A stretch of DNA of 64,000 nucleotides from the human T2T-CHM13v2.0 reference genome, Homo sapiens. The stretch lies in the NCBI RefSeq assembly GCF_009914755.1, contig NC_060928.1; one strand, written 5' to 3'. Both the position numbers and the translations under genes were made by a program. Positions 16,444 through 31,491 of the stretch are shown in pieces (the stretch's first letter is position 1; every line of letters begins with the position of its first letter). The notes beneath the pieces were generated by a model. That model saw only the letters and a program-made list of their open reading frames with translations, had not been told where the DNA came from and ran no database searches.

Positions 16444-17465
16444 TCTACACTGATACAGTGGCATGAACACATACCGAAGTTTCCTAATGCATTTGAACAT
16501 GCACTTCCTAATTGTGTATGACTTTCCAACATGCCTGAAAACACCTACATCTAACTGTACAAATGGACTTGCCAGCTCTTTTCCTAAGCAGCCTTTTAAA
16601 TATGGTTCAAGTTCTCTGTCAAAAGAAGTGCACCATAAGGACAGCATAGGAAATCGTGGGCAAAGACACTGAGGCTGCCCCAAGTACAGAAAAACAACTG
16701 TTTCTTTCATTGCCGCAAATGAAACAGATGTTTTCATTTGGGAAACAATGGCCAGACAAACATCTGGTGGTATAAGAAATGGCTGAGTTAAGATGCCCCC
16801 AATTTAAAACATTTGCCAGTCTAGACGGTCCACTGTCCCTAAGTCTGAGAAAAATAATTGTTTTCCTAAAGTAACAAATATCGTCTCCAGCTGCCCCACC
16901 TTCCACTCATCCCTGTACATTTCAGTTCTGCGGTTACACTCACCATCTTCAGCTGAAAACTCTGCCAGGAGAGGGGACAGAGTTGACTTAAATACAAGCA
17001 TTTCAAAGCATACGAAGCGGGGCCCTGTGATCGGCACTAAGTATCCCCAGCCGTTCAGATCCCTCTCTGTGTTTGGTGGCTTCTCAGCCTCCTGTGGAGA
17101 AAGCTACGAGCATGCAGATCCGGATGAGCTGGGTTCCCCACGTGGGGTGGGAGTGGGAAAAGAGCATCTAGAAACTGTAAGAGAAAAGCAAGAAACAGGA
17201 CTATTTTTCCCATGTTAGAAACGAAGAAAGCTTTAAAGTGATCCACGATGAGTGAGCCATTTGGGGGTTCCAGAGCATCGGGATCACCTTGAGGGGGAGG
17301 GATCTCGAGTGCTCCCTCCACCCGGGCTGTCAGCCTTCTGGTCAGGGAAGGACCCCGGGGCTTCCATGCATGCCCCGGCGCTGCCCCCAGAGTCCCGTGT
17401 GTGGGTCAGGAGTGGGGAGGCTCCCGGCCGCCTCTGACGCGCCCCCTCTTTTGTTTCGCCCGCAG

Positions 17466-18221
17466 CCCATCTTCGGAGTCCAGCAGCAAGTGGCGCGGCA
17501 GGCCAAGGCCTTCCTGTCGCTGGGGAAGATGGCCGAGGTGCAGGTGAGCCGGCGCCGGGCCGGCGGTGCGCAGTCCTGGCTGTGGTTCGCCACGGTCAAG
17601 TCGCTGATCGGCAAGGGCGTCATGCTGGCCGTCAGCCAGGGCCGCGTGCAGACCAACGTGCTCAACATCGCCAACGAGGACTGCATCAAGGTGGCGGCCG
17701 TGCTCAACAACGCCTTCTACCTGGAGAACCTGCACTTCACCATCGAGGGCAAGGACACGCACTACTTCATCAAGACCACCACGCCCGAGAGCGACCTGGG
17801 CACGCTGCGGTTGACCAGCGGCCGCAAGGCGCTGGAGAACGGCATCAACGTGACGGTGTCGCAGTCCACCACGGTGGTGAACGGCAGGACGCGCAGGTTC
17901 GCGGACGTGGAGATGCAGTTCGGCGCGCTGGCGCTGCACGTGCGCTACGGCATGACCCTGGACGAGGAGAAGGCGCGCATCCTGGAGCAGGCGCGGCAGC
18001 GCGCGCTCGCCCGGGCCTGGGCGCGCGAGCAGCAGCGCGTGCGCGACGGCGAGGAGGGCGCGCGCCTCTGGACGGAGGGCGAGAAGCGGCAGCTGCTGAG
18101 CGCCGGCAAGGTGCAGGGCTACGACGGGTACTACGTACTCTCGGTGGAGCAGTACCCCGAGCTGGCCGACAGCGCCAACAACATCCAGTTCCTGCGGCAG
18201 AGCGAGATCGGCAGGAGGTAA
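17466..18221 (+). CDS. TENM3: Teneurin-3 last coding exon (ABD, Tox-GHH-like domain, TCAP-3), 251 aa plus stop
   Basis: Acceptor ttttgtttcgcccgcag|CCC. Translates [19 protein letters not shown]...[50 protein letters not shown]. Confidence 0.97.
18090..18218 (+). other. TENM3: TCAP-3 peptide-coding segment (40 aa plus GRR amidation signal)
   Basis: KR dibasic site precedes QLLSAGK...RQSEI (18090-18209), followed by Gly-Arg-Arg and the stop. Confidence 0.85.
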
Positions 18222-18978
18222 CGCCCGGGCCGCGCCCGCCGAGCCGCTCACGCCCTGCCCACATTGTCCTGTGGCACAACCCGAGTGGGACTCTCCAACG
18301 CCCAAGAGCCTTCCTCCCGGGGGAATGAGACTGCTGTTACGACCCACACCCACACCGCGAAAACAAGGACCGCTTTTTTCCGAATGACCTTAAAGGTGAT
18401 CGGCTTTAACGAATATGTTTACATATGCATAGCGCTGCACTCAGTCGGACTGAACGTAGCCAGAGGAAAAAAAAATCATCAAGGACAAAGGCCTCGACCT
18501 GTTGCGCTGGGCCGTCTGTTCCTTCTAGGCACTGTATTTAACTAACTTTAAAAAAGAAAAAAAAATGTATACAGTGTTTCCAAATAGTCCCGAATTGTCG
18601 ACCTTTGCTTACAAGAAGTAGTCTGTCTGCATAGGATGTGATAGCTATCTCTGTTCATTTTACAATGTGGGGCAAAGTTACTGTTTCTAGACAACCCAAC
18701 TGCTTTCCCTGTGCAGCTTTGTAGAAGGACATTGGCACAGTGACTTCTGCGGCGGGGATTTATTAATGGATTTTACAATGCTAACGTGGTTTCCCTTCGG
18801 GGAAAAAACTGGCAACTAGAATCCTTGTCACTGATAAGCAAAGGAAATCCTGATTTTTTTGTAAATTATGTGAGACAAGTTGTTTATGGATTTTTATATG
18901 AATTACAATTTACTGTACATCAAATCTTAGTCTCAGAGGAGTTAATTTATGTAAAGTGTTTAAAAATTTATACTTAAA

Positions 18979-18984
18979 AATAAA
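18979..18984 (+). terminator. Candidate proximal polyadenylation signal
   Basis: AATAAA with downstream ctgtgtgattttttt and upstream TGTA motifs. Confidence 0.5.
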
Positions 18985-20873
18985 ATGATAAAAACGTGAA
19001 CTGTGTGATTTTTTTAAAAGGATTGCACCTTTTGTTATCTGTTATAGCTGTACAGTATGAATTATTATATTGTAGAGATATAACAACTTATGCCTATAAT
19101 GTCCAGAAGTGTTAATATTTTTGTATTAGGTTGAAAAAATGTGCAAGCTTCTATCACTAGATGGATAGGACCGTGCAATTCTAGGTGGGTGGCGAATCAG
19201 AGAGCTCCTTTCTCTTCCCTCTCTCACGCATCAGGCCAGTGTCCTCAGCATTGTCAACTGAGAGGCACAGTAGACAACTAGGGCTGGTGGAATGTAAGGG
19301 AAGAAGATTGAAAAAACGGGAGGAAGGGTTCTCTGGCCCTCTCTCAACCTTGCAAGTCAATGGGGAGTTGTTGATATAATTAACCCCGAGGTTTTTACTG
19401 TTACTGTTCCAAAGCTCTGTCTCTTGATGGAGGAGAGACCACATCAGATGCTGGGGAAACAGGAGGAGGAAAGGTTCTGATGTAGTCGTGATCCTAAACA
19501 CGTGTCTTAAGATCTAGGAAAGACAGCAGAAACCGAGCAGTGGTGGGTGAGCCAGATGGAGCCGGTCAGGGTTACTCTAAGCCCACATGACCAAACCATC
19601 TTGGGGGGCTGGTTTGAATGACAGCCTCTGCTCTGTCTCGGGGAAGCCGGGGGTGGCAGATCCAGCTGGAAGTGAACTGACAGCCGCGCCCTCCTGCACA
19701 CATGCATGCACGCGTGTGGGAACGAGCCCAGCCACCATCTGCACTTCCGTGTCGGCTCAGCTCTGACAAATCTCTTTCCTGAGCACTAAATTCAGCCACG
19801 AAAATATTTTTAGAAGATATTTCTCAGTTCATCGAGCTATAGTACACACTGTTTTCCTCTATGTATAATGGTGATAAAATATAGCAAGTGAACATGTCGT
19901 AAATATAAAGGTTCAAGTGATGTATTGAAAATAATTTTCTAACTGCTTTGTATGTATCACATACTCTAAATTGCACAGTAGGCGTGTTTATTAAACAGAT
20001 GATTGGCTGGGAAAGTTTCAAAATAGCTACTGAATTTACAGTATCAGTGCTATTACTGTCTTTGTGTATTTGGTAGAGCATACCGAAGTAATTAATCTTC
20101 TAATGAATGCTGATGATATTTTATTAGAATGAAAGCACAGATTAGCATTAATATTTTTTATTCTGGAAATCCTTTGGCAAGTATTATGAAGCCCAAATTT
20201 AGAAAACTATGAGATTTCAAACCACATAAACATGATTCTGTTTTCCATTTTATTTTTTAACTGTTAGGTATTTGCAGTTCTGTTCCGTGGAACTTCTGCA
20301 GGCCTGTATTTAGCATGCTGTAAGTACTTTTGGGTGAAATAGGCTCTGAGTCTAAATTCTCAGACATGTTTCTGATGTATTACCATGAAAAGCTTGTGCC
20401 ACATGACAGAAGTGAGATCATAGTCTTAACCTCTTCTTGACGTGGACTGGTCTTCACTCGGGCACCGATAAATAACAGATTTGGAGTATCTCCTGGTGCT
20501 TATTTTAGATGATGAAGTCAAATCAACCCAATTAGTGTCCTGTTAGTAGGTATAATGAGCCTATTTCTTTCTAAAAAGACTTGTGATCTGGACATGCTTT
20601 TACAAGAAATAGTGACCTTGGGGAATATGTAAACAAAAGACCTTTTTCTAAGAGTTGGGAGGGGGTGGGGGACTGTATAATGAAAAGAATTAGCTTACAA
20701 AAAAGAAATTGATATTCAAAGGATTTTAGGCAAAGCCAGTCAAAATGCTTTCATGATATTTTGAGATGTAAATTTTGTCTGATTTGTATTGTTCTTTTCA
20801 TTTGCCTTCTTAACTTTATATGTGACCTGAATTTTCCATAACTTGATGACTATAGATTGCACCTAGGCATTCC

Positions 20874-20879
20874 AATAAA
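20874..20879 (+). terminator. Distal polyadenylation signal
   Basis: AATAAA followed by the GU/U-rich element tgtgtgtgtgtttttatatttttt. Confidence 0.8.
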
Positions 20880-21817
20880 AGCCAACCCAATGTGTGTGTG
20901 TTTTTATATTTTTTCAAGTCTTGGGCTAGCCAGCATTGCTTTTGTGTTTAACGTGGAGGACGCAAATAGATGCAGTTGTTGGGGAATTGATTCATCTGCA
21001 ACCCAGTTGGTAGTATCTTTTTTTTTTTTTTTTTGTCCATTGGCCAGACTGCTGGCTCAGCAGAGTGAACTTCACAGGGGACTCTCCCATGGCCTACTTT
21101 AGAAAAACAGTAAACACACCCCCACAAAGCCAAACACGCTAACTGTAAAGAAGAGTTTACAAAAATACCACCCATTACTACTTGAGAGCAGGCCTCATTC
21201 CTGTGATCCTGGCAATAAGTGTGCTTAATTAAAACACTTGATTAGAATAATCAGTTTGGGCCTGGTAGGCTTGCAGCCTCCTGGAGATGTCTAAATCTAC
21301 ATATAGACCGGCTGATTAGAAGATGCTTAGTTCAGCAATTCTGGCCGGCAGGCCAGGGCTTTGATTTTAGTCGGAAGAGGCAGACTTCATCACACTTGCT
21401 TTCTAGTGACAACCTCAACTGCATAACGTGTTGATCCAGCAAGAATCAGGTCATTCCACTTGGCAAACTGGTCTGTTTTCTTCTCCTCGAATTAGACTTT
21501 AACATGATCAAAACGGAATTCCAGAAAAACAGGCGAAGTACTGCTTTCCTTCTCTACACTCTTTTCCTTAAAAGTAATGTCTGAACAAATGCAAATAAAA
21601 ATGGTGCCGGTAAAAATTATACCTTAGAAAAAATAATCTGAATATGGGATATGCTGCTGCCACATCCCGTGAAATTTGTCTTTACATTCACCACACATAT
21701 CCTAACAGTTGCATGGGGTTCTAACTGCCAGACCGCAACAGAAGGGCAGCACCTGACTGTAAGTACTTCAAAATCAGGACCAGTCCTCAAGCGCTTGAAA
21801 AGATGAGGAGAGGAGCT

Positions 21818-21904
21818 GGAGGTTACAACGAGCTATGATCGCAGCACTGCTCTCCGGCCTGAGCGACACAAGACCCAGTCTCTTAAAAAAAAAAAAAAAA
21901 AAAA
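21818..21904 (+). mobile_element. Truncated old Alu 3' fragment with poly(A)
   Basis: ggaggttacaacgagctatgatcgcagcactgctctccggcctgagcgaca...A-run. Confidence 0.65.
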
Positions 21905-23814
21905 GTATTTTTTAATGAAAGAATGCCGTTGATGCTTTCCCTATCCGTGCCCACTCTTCACTCCGTTCACCATCTTTTCTTTCTCCTTTTGCCCTGGGCT
22001 ACTCCTGAATGCAGTTGTTTCTCTCGCCTGCTGACAGCAAATCAGCTGTCCGAGGTGCTTTTGGAAAGGAGGGATTCAAGAGAGGAAGCCAGAAGGCACT
22101 GATCCACATCATGTTCTGTCTGGGTAAAACCACCCGGGCAGTGCTCACAGCCGCTCGCTTGCTGTTGTACAGAGGAGGACAAGGTCCACCTGGACCAAGA
22201 ACTGCCACCACCCATCTGGCCGGGGCGGGGTGGGTATCATTTGATCTCCAGCAGAGTGGGGTGAGTCTGCCCCTGGGAAGCCTCGAAGGGCAACATATTA
22301 AGATCTCACCCTTCCATAGATACCCAAATTTCCTCCCACTTTCCTTCAAGGAGTGATCTGATTCCAGCATCCCAGTCCACAAAATGCATCCCCATTCCAG
22401 AAGCTGGAGGTGGAATGGAATTACAGAAATGAGTTGTCCAAGTTCACAGAAGTGGCTTAAGTTAAGGTGAGCAGAGATTCCCTTTGCTAGTACCCTCCAC
22501 TACATCACAGCCTCCTCATAACGCTCCCCGGGAAGATACCGCAAATACTCCTTACCGCCCCCCTTCCCATGGGCACTTGATCTTTCCAAAGCTGCCATCA
22601 TTTACAGCCAGGACTAGCATTTTTCATTCTATAACGATCCGCCGACACTAAACAAAACAGATGCCTTGAGTGCCCCCTCTGCCTGCCAGTATTTCTAGCT
22701 CCTCACGCCCTTCTGTGTAGGTAAGCCAAGTTTGACTCTCCATCATTTCCAAAAGAAAGACCATTGGGCTGTTTACCTAGATTTTCCATAAGTTATTCAT
22801 CTGGCTTTGAACATCCTACTAGACCCATGAAAAAATAAAATAAAAATGAGTTATAACTCATTATCACCCATTTTAACCACAGAGTTAAGCCAGAGTACCA
22901 AACAGGTACTGATAAGCCATTTGAATTTTCTACCTTCTCATTTAAGCCACATAATGAATGTCCTCTGTTTGCCAGACTTCTCATTTGCTGTTCACCACCC
23001 CTGCAAGCAATGGTCTCTTGATGTTAGTTAATTACTAATAACTTTTAGGTAAATTGAGTAAACCTTTTCATTTATGAACCGACTTAGAATCCTGTCGTGG
23101 AGGAATACGGGATTCCTAGAGTCCCGTGGATAGAGAATTTACTATCAACCGATTCTAAGCCTAGAGTAACATCATTATTCAGTTTAGAGTTAATGGGTTC
23201 CTCAAAGCAAATTTAATAAATCCTTCTGGGATCTAAGCTCAGGAAAATTAAAATTAGAAGCATAAATTGTCACTTTTAGGGCAAGAGACTGGCTTGGTAA
23301 CAGTCCCCCTGCTTACAGGGTGAATTGTGAGCTACGCTTAGCCCTGGCCACAGGCATTCATCCTGTATTATGCAGGGAAATCTCGTTCTTCCACCTGTGT
23401 GCAGAGATTTCCTGAATTCCAGCCACAGCGGCCATTTCTCTATGGCATAGCTCGCTGCACACAACTGTCAGGATTTACAAGCGGTCCGCTGGGTCAAAAT
23501 GAATTTTTAAAAATGTTCACAAGTGAACTCTATCAGGGGAGAGTGCGGGGAGCATAAATGCCCAAGGACTTAAAATGACAAATTCTCGGGCGTGACTGAA
23601 AGGCTGAAAATGGGGCGCTCAGTGGAGGTCGGTGAGGAGGCTCACCAGGCTCTCTTCAACCTGGAGTTCTTCTGCACCGTGGTTAATGACCGTAGGCTGG
23701 AGACTGCCCCATCCCACACCTTCCTCCCACACGAACACTAGGGAAAGTCTAGTCTGCCTGTTCCAGAGAAAATTCTGCAAAAATCGTCCCCAGAACTATC
23801 TTTGCATCCACGAT

Positions 23815-23815
<1 letters not shown>

Positions 23816-23860
<45 letters not shown>
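23816..23860. repeat. (CT)n microsatellite
   Basis: ~22 perfect CT units. Confidence 0.95.
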
Positions 23861-23863
<3 letters not shown>

Positions 23864-24289
23864 GCAATGGGTCAGGTTGAATCTAACCCTCTCTGTCCTT
23901 TAAGGCTTGGAAGGAATGCCATAGGGCTCCCTCGGTGGGCCAGGGCGACGTTGATGACTCAGGATCTCAAAAGGACCTAGAGCCAGTCTGTCATCCCCAG
24001 TTTCTTAATTTATTGACAAAAGGTAACGAACAAGCAGATTGTAAAATATCTTTATTCAGCTATGACATGATTTCCAAGCTCAAAAAAAAAAAAAAAAAAA
24101 AAAAAATCAAGCCTGGCGTTTAACTTCAGTCTGGAGCATTGACAGGTGACAGGTCACTGCAGAACACAGAGGTGACCCAAGGCAGAGAACGGGAGGTAGC
24201 GAGAGGAAGACGACACCCTTCCCTGAGTCCTCCCTCATCTGGGGCTTCCCTCTGGCCTTCCCCTGGGGTTCCTGGGACTCGGCTTCTGC

Positions 24290-25210
24290 GGACATGGAAA
24301 AGCCGTCCCAACATCCGGCGGCCCCGTGGGCAGGGGTCCTGGGACGCCCCCTCCTGCATCCCCGGGCGGGCCCTGCAGGGGATGGCGGCGATTTCAGGAA
24401 GGGCTCTGGCGCCCCCTAGTGACGCGCGGCTGTGGTAGGGAAAGTCCCGCACGCCAAAAGGGCAGTTCCCGGGCCAGAAACCGAGGTGAAACCGAAGAGA
24501 AGGCGCCGCCGCTCGCCGCTCGCCACTCTCCACCCCAACCGCGGCGGGGCCGGCTCTCTGACCCTCTCTTCCCCACCTCTGCTCTGCCCTCCGAGTTTCA
24601 CACTTAAAGCGGAGACTTCTGCTTCAGCACCGCCGCACCGAGGCCTGGGCCCTGCCAAAGTGGCTCGGGTAAGATTTCCCTGCACGTCGAGCAGACACTG
24701 TCATGCCGCGTTGCTCTCACTCACAGATCGAAATAAGGCCCTTCCTCCCGGGAATCGTCCGCGGGCTGAGTTCCGCAGCGCCTGAAAACAGTGATTTCTG
24801 AACTATCATATTGTTTCCCTTTTACTTTTCATGTTAACAGTCCTGTCGCTGGAAAGAATGTCCCGGAAGAACGGATCACTTAAATTCAGAGTGGCATTTT
24901 TATTTCTGAGGGAGCTGGGCTCTCACGGAACGTGCTGGAGTGACAGCCTGGAAGAGCGAAAGCCGCCCCCCCTCCCGCTTCCCCGCAGCTCCCCAGCCGC
25001 CTCGGCCTGGCCTCCCTGCAGCGGTGACATCCAGTCTCCCTCCTCTACCCAAGCCTGCGGCAGCCACGAAAGCCACCGCGGCGCAGAAGTGGGGAGGGAT
25101 TCAACCTTTTGCCCCTGGGTTGTCGCCCAGAGAAGCCAATGGATGCTAATCTCATATAGCAGCCTGTTTGCTGGTGTCCTGCCTTCAGAAACCGGCCGTG
25201 AGTGAGCCCG
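24290..25210. promoter_or_regulatory. CpG-rich intergenic island-like region
   Basis: Dense CpG and GC boxes (ggcgccgccgctcgccgctcgcc, gcggcggggcc), not repeat-derived. Confidence 0.65.
24409..24422 (-). promoter_or_regulatory. CTCF motif
   Basis: The + strand GCGCCCCCTAGTGA reads TCACTAGGGGGCGC on the minus strand, 13/14 match to the CCACTAGGGGGCGC core. Confidence 0.7.
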
Positions 25211-25558
25211 CTGGCATTTTGGGAGGCCAATATATAGGCCCTTTTTCCTACCCGGGTTCTCGCTGAAATGAGTAAGGCCGGAGATGGCTCAGGAAAGCCA
25301 AAATATCACCTAGATAAAGGCCGGGTTGGGAAGCAGCAGGCACAGCTGCATGGGAAATCCCAAAGGGCCACTAACGGGACACCAAGATAGATCAGCCAGG
25401 CGCTGGCAGCAGTGGCAGGATGACGGGAGAGGCCCTGCTCCCTGAGCTGGAGCCCAGCGTGCCCATGCCCAGTTCGTTCCTCCCCACTCACCAGGAGGGC
25501 AAAGCGCTCCCCTGCCCACTGGGAGCCGGGATGACCAGGAGGCCCGGAGTGAGATATC

Positions 25559-25579
25559 TGTCTCTCTCTCTCTCTCTGT

Positions 25580-25625
<46 letters not shown>
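25559..25625. repeat. Compound (TC)n(CA)n microsatellite
   Basis: A tctctc run joined directly to ~22 CA units. Confidence 0.95.
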
Positions 25626-25630
<5 letters not shown>

Positions 25631-25689
25631 CACCAAGGAGGCTGTGGGCTGTGGCACTAGGAGAAATATTGCACCAGGTCTGGAGCCCC

Positions 25690-26250
25690 GGGTTTGCGGA
25701 TGCTGCCCCCGCCGCCTGTGGCCTTCAGCCAGGTTGCTTCCCGCCCTGGGCCTCTGCCGAAGCCAGAGGCAGGGGCTCTCCACCGGCAGCAGCGAGCGCC
25801 TCGCCTGCTGTGACAACTCTGTCTGGCTCTGGGGCTGCTCGGGAACCCGGTCCTAAACACAAGTTCTTGGGTCGTAAGCACAGGCTGGCAGTCCCAGATC
25901 GGGAGGCCCCATGCATCTGCTCCCGACCTGAGTCCCTCGCCCTGGCTCCCACTCCGCCACCCCATGGCGCTGCCTGCGAGAGGCGCCGGAGCCAGGCTCT
26001 GGCCTTTTCCGAGGCGGCTGCCTGCCGGTTCCTCTCGCGCCTGTTAGACGGCGGACGGCAGGCTCCCGGGCTCTTGTAAATCAAAGGGCAACAGGACTCG
26101 CCTCGCCACCACTCAGGCTCTTTCTGCGGCCTCTGCCAATTAGTGCTCCAGTTAATCACACTTAGCAACTCCCTGGAGAAGCAGCGAAGCCGGGAGGAGC
26201 CCAGCGTGGGAGACCCCCTCAGGCTGGCTCTGCCGAGACGGAGATGACCA
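25690..26250. promoter_or_regulatory. Second CpG-rich patch
   Basis: CpG-dense non-repeat sequence containing ATCAAAG, CCAAT and TAAT motifs. Confidence 0.45.
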
Positions 26251-26339
26251 CTGGCCTCTGCGCCTTGGTTTCCCCATCTTTACAGTGAACCCAGACCTTG
26301 GTCCCCAGCCGCCCCTCCCCACTTCCCGTGCCAAGACGC

Positions 26340-26903
26340 TGCATGTGTGTGCACACACACACGCATCTGTGTACGCATGTGTGCATGTGTGTGTGCATGT
26401 GCGTGTGTGCCTGCAAGTGCGTGTATGTGTGCATTTCTGTGTGTGTGTGCGTGTGCATATGTGTGGGGTGTGTGCACGTGTGTGAGTATATGCATGTGAG
26501 TGTGCACACGTGTATGTGTGCCTTTGTGTATGTGTGTGTGCACGCACATGTGGGTGGGTGTGTGCGTGTGGATGTGAGTACGTAATGTGCGCGCACATGT
26601 GTGAGTGTATGCATGTGAGTGTGCACGTATGTGTATGTGTGTTTGCGTATGTGTGCACGTGTGCATGTGGGGGTGTGCGTGTGTGGATGTGTGTACATAA
26701 CGTGTGTGTGCATGTGTGAGTGTATGCATGTGAGTGTGCACGTATGTGTATGTGTGTGTTTGCATATGTGTGCACGTGCTGTGGGTGTGTGCATTGTGCA
26801 CGCATGTGTGTGCATGTGCGTGTGTGCAGGCATGTGTGCATGTGTGCATGTGCGTGTGTGTGCATGTGTGTTTGTGCATGTGTGTGTGCATGTGTATGTG
26901 TGT
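26340..26903. repeat. Degenerate TG/CATG alternating purine-pyrimidine array
   Basis: ~560 bp of tgtgtg, tgca and cacg with an internal ~115-119-bp higher-order repeat. Confidence 0.92.
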
Positions 26904-27844
26904 GGACAGAAAAAGCTAGAAGAAAGAGCCCATGGTGATATCAAGGCTACCACCCAGACGTCTTTCACCATCTCCTGGGAAAGTCCCCGAGCTGCGGGAA
27001 CCCCAGCCACAAAGCTCAGCCACATGAAGAGGCCCCAGGAAGGGAAGGGGGTTGCTCTCCCTGCAGCCCCCACCCACCAGGGAGGGAAGTGGCGAGCAGG
27101 GCTCCCTGGCACCTCCTCACACTTCCTGCAGGACAGAGCCTAGTAGCTGCCCTGTCCCCACCCCAGAGCTCACTGCTCGCCGTTTGAAGATGATGCAGCC
27201 TGACTCTCGGGCGTGAGTATTTGTAACCGCACAGGAAATGACACGGAGCATGGCAACCTGCAAACACAGCCCTGCCAGCATCCCATGCTTTGCCCTGCTC
27301 CAGAAAAGGAAACTCGAGGAGGAAGGAAGTGGGCAGAGGAGACAGCACAGGGTCCCTGGGTCCATGCCTGATGGTGCCCAATGTTGTCCCCCTTTTTCTG
27401 GCAGCCTTAAAGGCTAGAACTGGACTGAACCCCAAGGGCACGCCTCACCAGTTCTCCCTCCTGGGCCCTGCCTGGTCCCTGGCGGCATCAGGCCTCGCTG
27501 GTCATCAAGTTCAAGACCCTGGCAGTGAGGGTGCCCAAAATGGTGGCCCCCTGAAAACAGGCCAAGTCCAGTGCCAAGGCAAGTGAAAGGGTTCTGCCTC
27601 ACAGTAAAAACCACCCCATATTGGTGGTTTTGCCCTGCCATTTCATAGTCCCCCAGCCCCACAAAAAGACAAGGATCCTTTCTACTTCTGCCCACAGTCA
27701 CTTGTGAGAGCCAGGGCCATGACCCAACCCTGAGTCTGTCACCACCCCCACACCTTCCCAGGGATCCTGGGCAGGGACAGGTGGAATGCAGGCAGGGCAG
27801 GAGCATCCCCGAGAGGGCCCTCCAGGGGGAGCACTGCTTACTTT

Positions 27845-28451
27845 ACACCCTCACCATACACACTCACACCACACACACACACACCACCACACACACCACA
27901 TACACACACACCACATACACACATATCAGATACACACCACACACACATCACATACACACACACACTCTCACCACACAACACACACGCCCTCACAACACAC
28001 ACACACATCACTACACACACCTCCTCACCACACACATACACCACACACACACAGACCCCACACAAATATGCACAACACACATGCACACCACACAATCACA
28101 CACACCATCTCACCACACACTTACCAACACATACCATCACCACACACACACCATACAAACACACACACACACCATACAAACACACATACACCACACACAT
28201 ATGCTATCACAACACACATACACACCCTCACCACACACACCAACACACAGCACACACACATACCATCACTACACAGACACACCCTCACCACATACATACC
28301 ACACACACACACCCTCACCACATACATACGACACACGCACACACCATCACCACACACAAATACACTCACCATGCACACACCCTATCACCACACCCACCAC
28401 ACACCCTCACCACATACACACACAACACATACACACTCACCACACACACAC
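27845..28451. repeat. Degenerate (CA)n/CACCA array, left part
   Basis: A/C-rich with almost no G. Confidence 0.92.
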
Positions 28452-31119
<2,668 letters not shown>

Positions 31120-31491
31120 CACACACAGCACACACACACTCACCACACACACACCCTACACACACCCTTAACCACACACACCACATAGAGACACACACAC
31201 CTCACCACACATGCACACTCACCACGCCATCACACACACACACCACACACACCACAGAGACACACACTTACCTCGCCACACATGCACACTCACACCATCA
31301 CACACCCTCACCACACATGCACACTCACATCATCACACACACACACCACACACCACATAGAGACACACACACACCCTCACCACACATGCACACTCACACC
31401 ATCACACACACACACACCACACATGCCACATAGAGACACACACACACCCTCACCACACCTGCACACTCACCACACCATCACACACACACAC
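31120..31491. repeat. Degenerate (CA)n array, right part
   Basis: Continues the CA-rich array after THE1, with recurring catagagacacacacac..ctcaccacacatgcacactc units. Confidence 0.92.

Larger units (their letters stand above)
17370..18370. promoter_or_regulatory. Intragenic (3') CpG island over the last TENM3 exon
   Basis: Very high GC with dense CpG (gcgcgctcgcccggg, gcgcgcgag), against AT-rich flanks and upstream exons. Confidence 0.85.
18222..20895 (+). other. TENM3: TENM3 3'UTR
   Basis: Repeat-free, largely AT-rich sequence from the stop codon to the distal poly(A) signal. The 3' end is approximate. Confidence 0.8.

Noticed and set aside
17406-18353. 315-aa antisense and 248-aa alternate-frame ORFs over the last TENM3 exon
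   Set aside because: Expected shadows of extreme GC3 bias, with no recognisable protein features.
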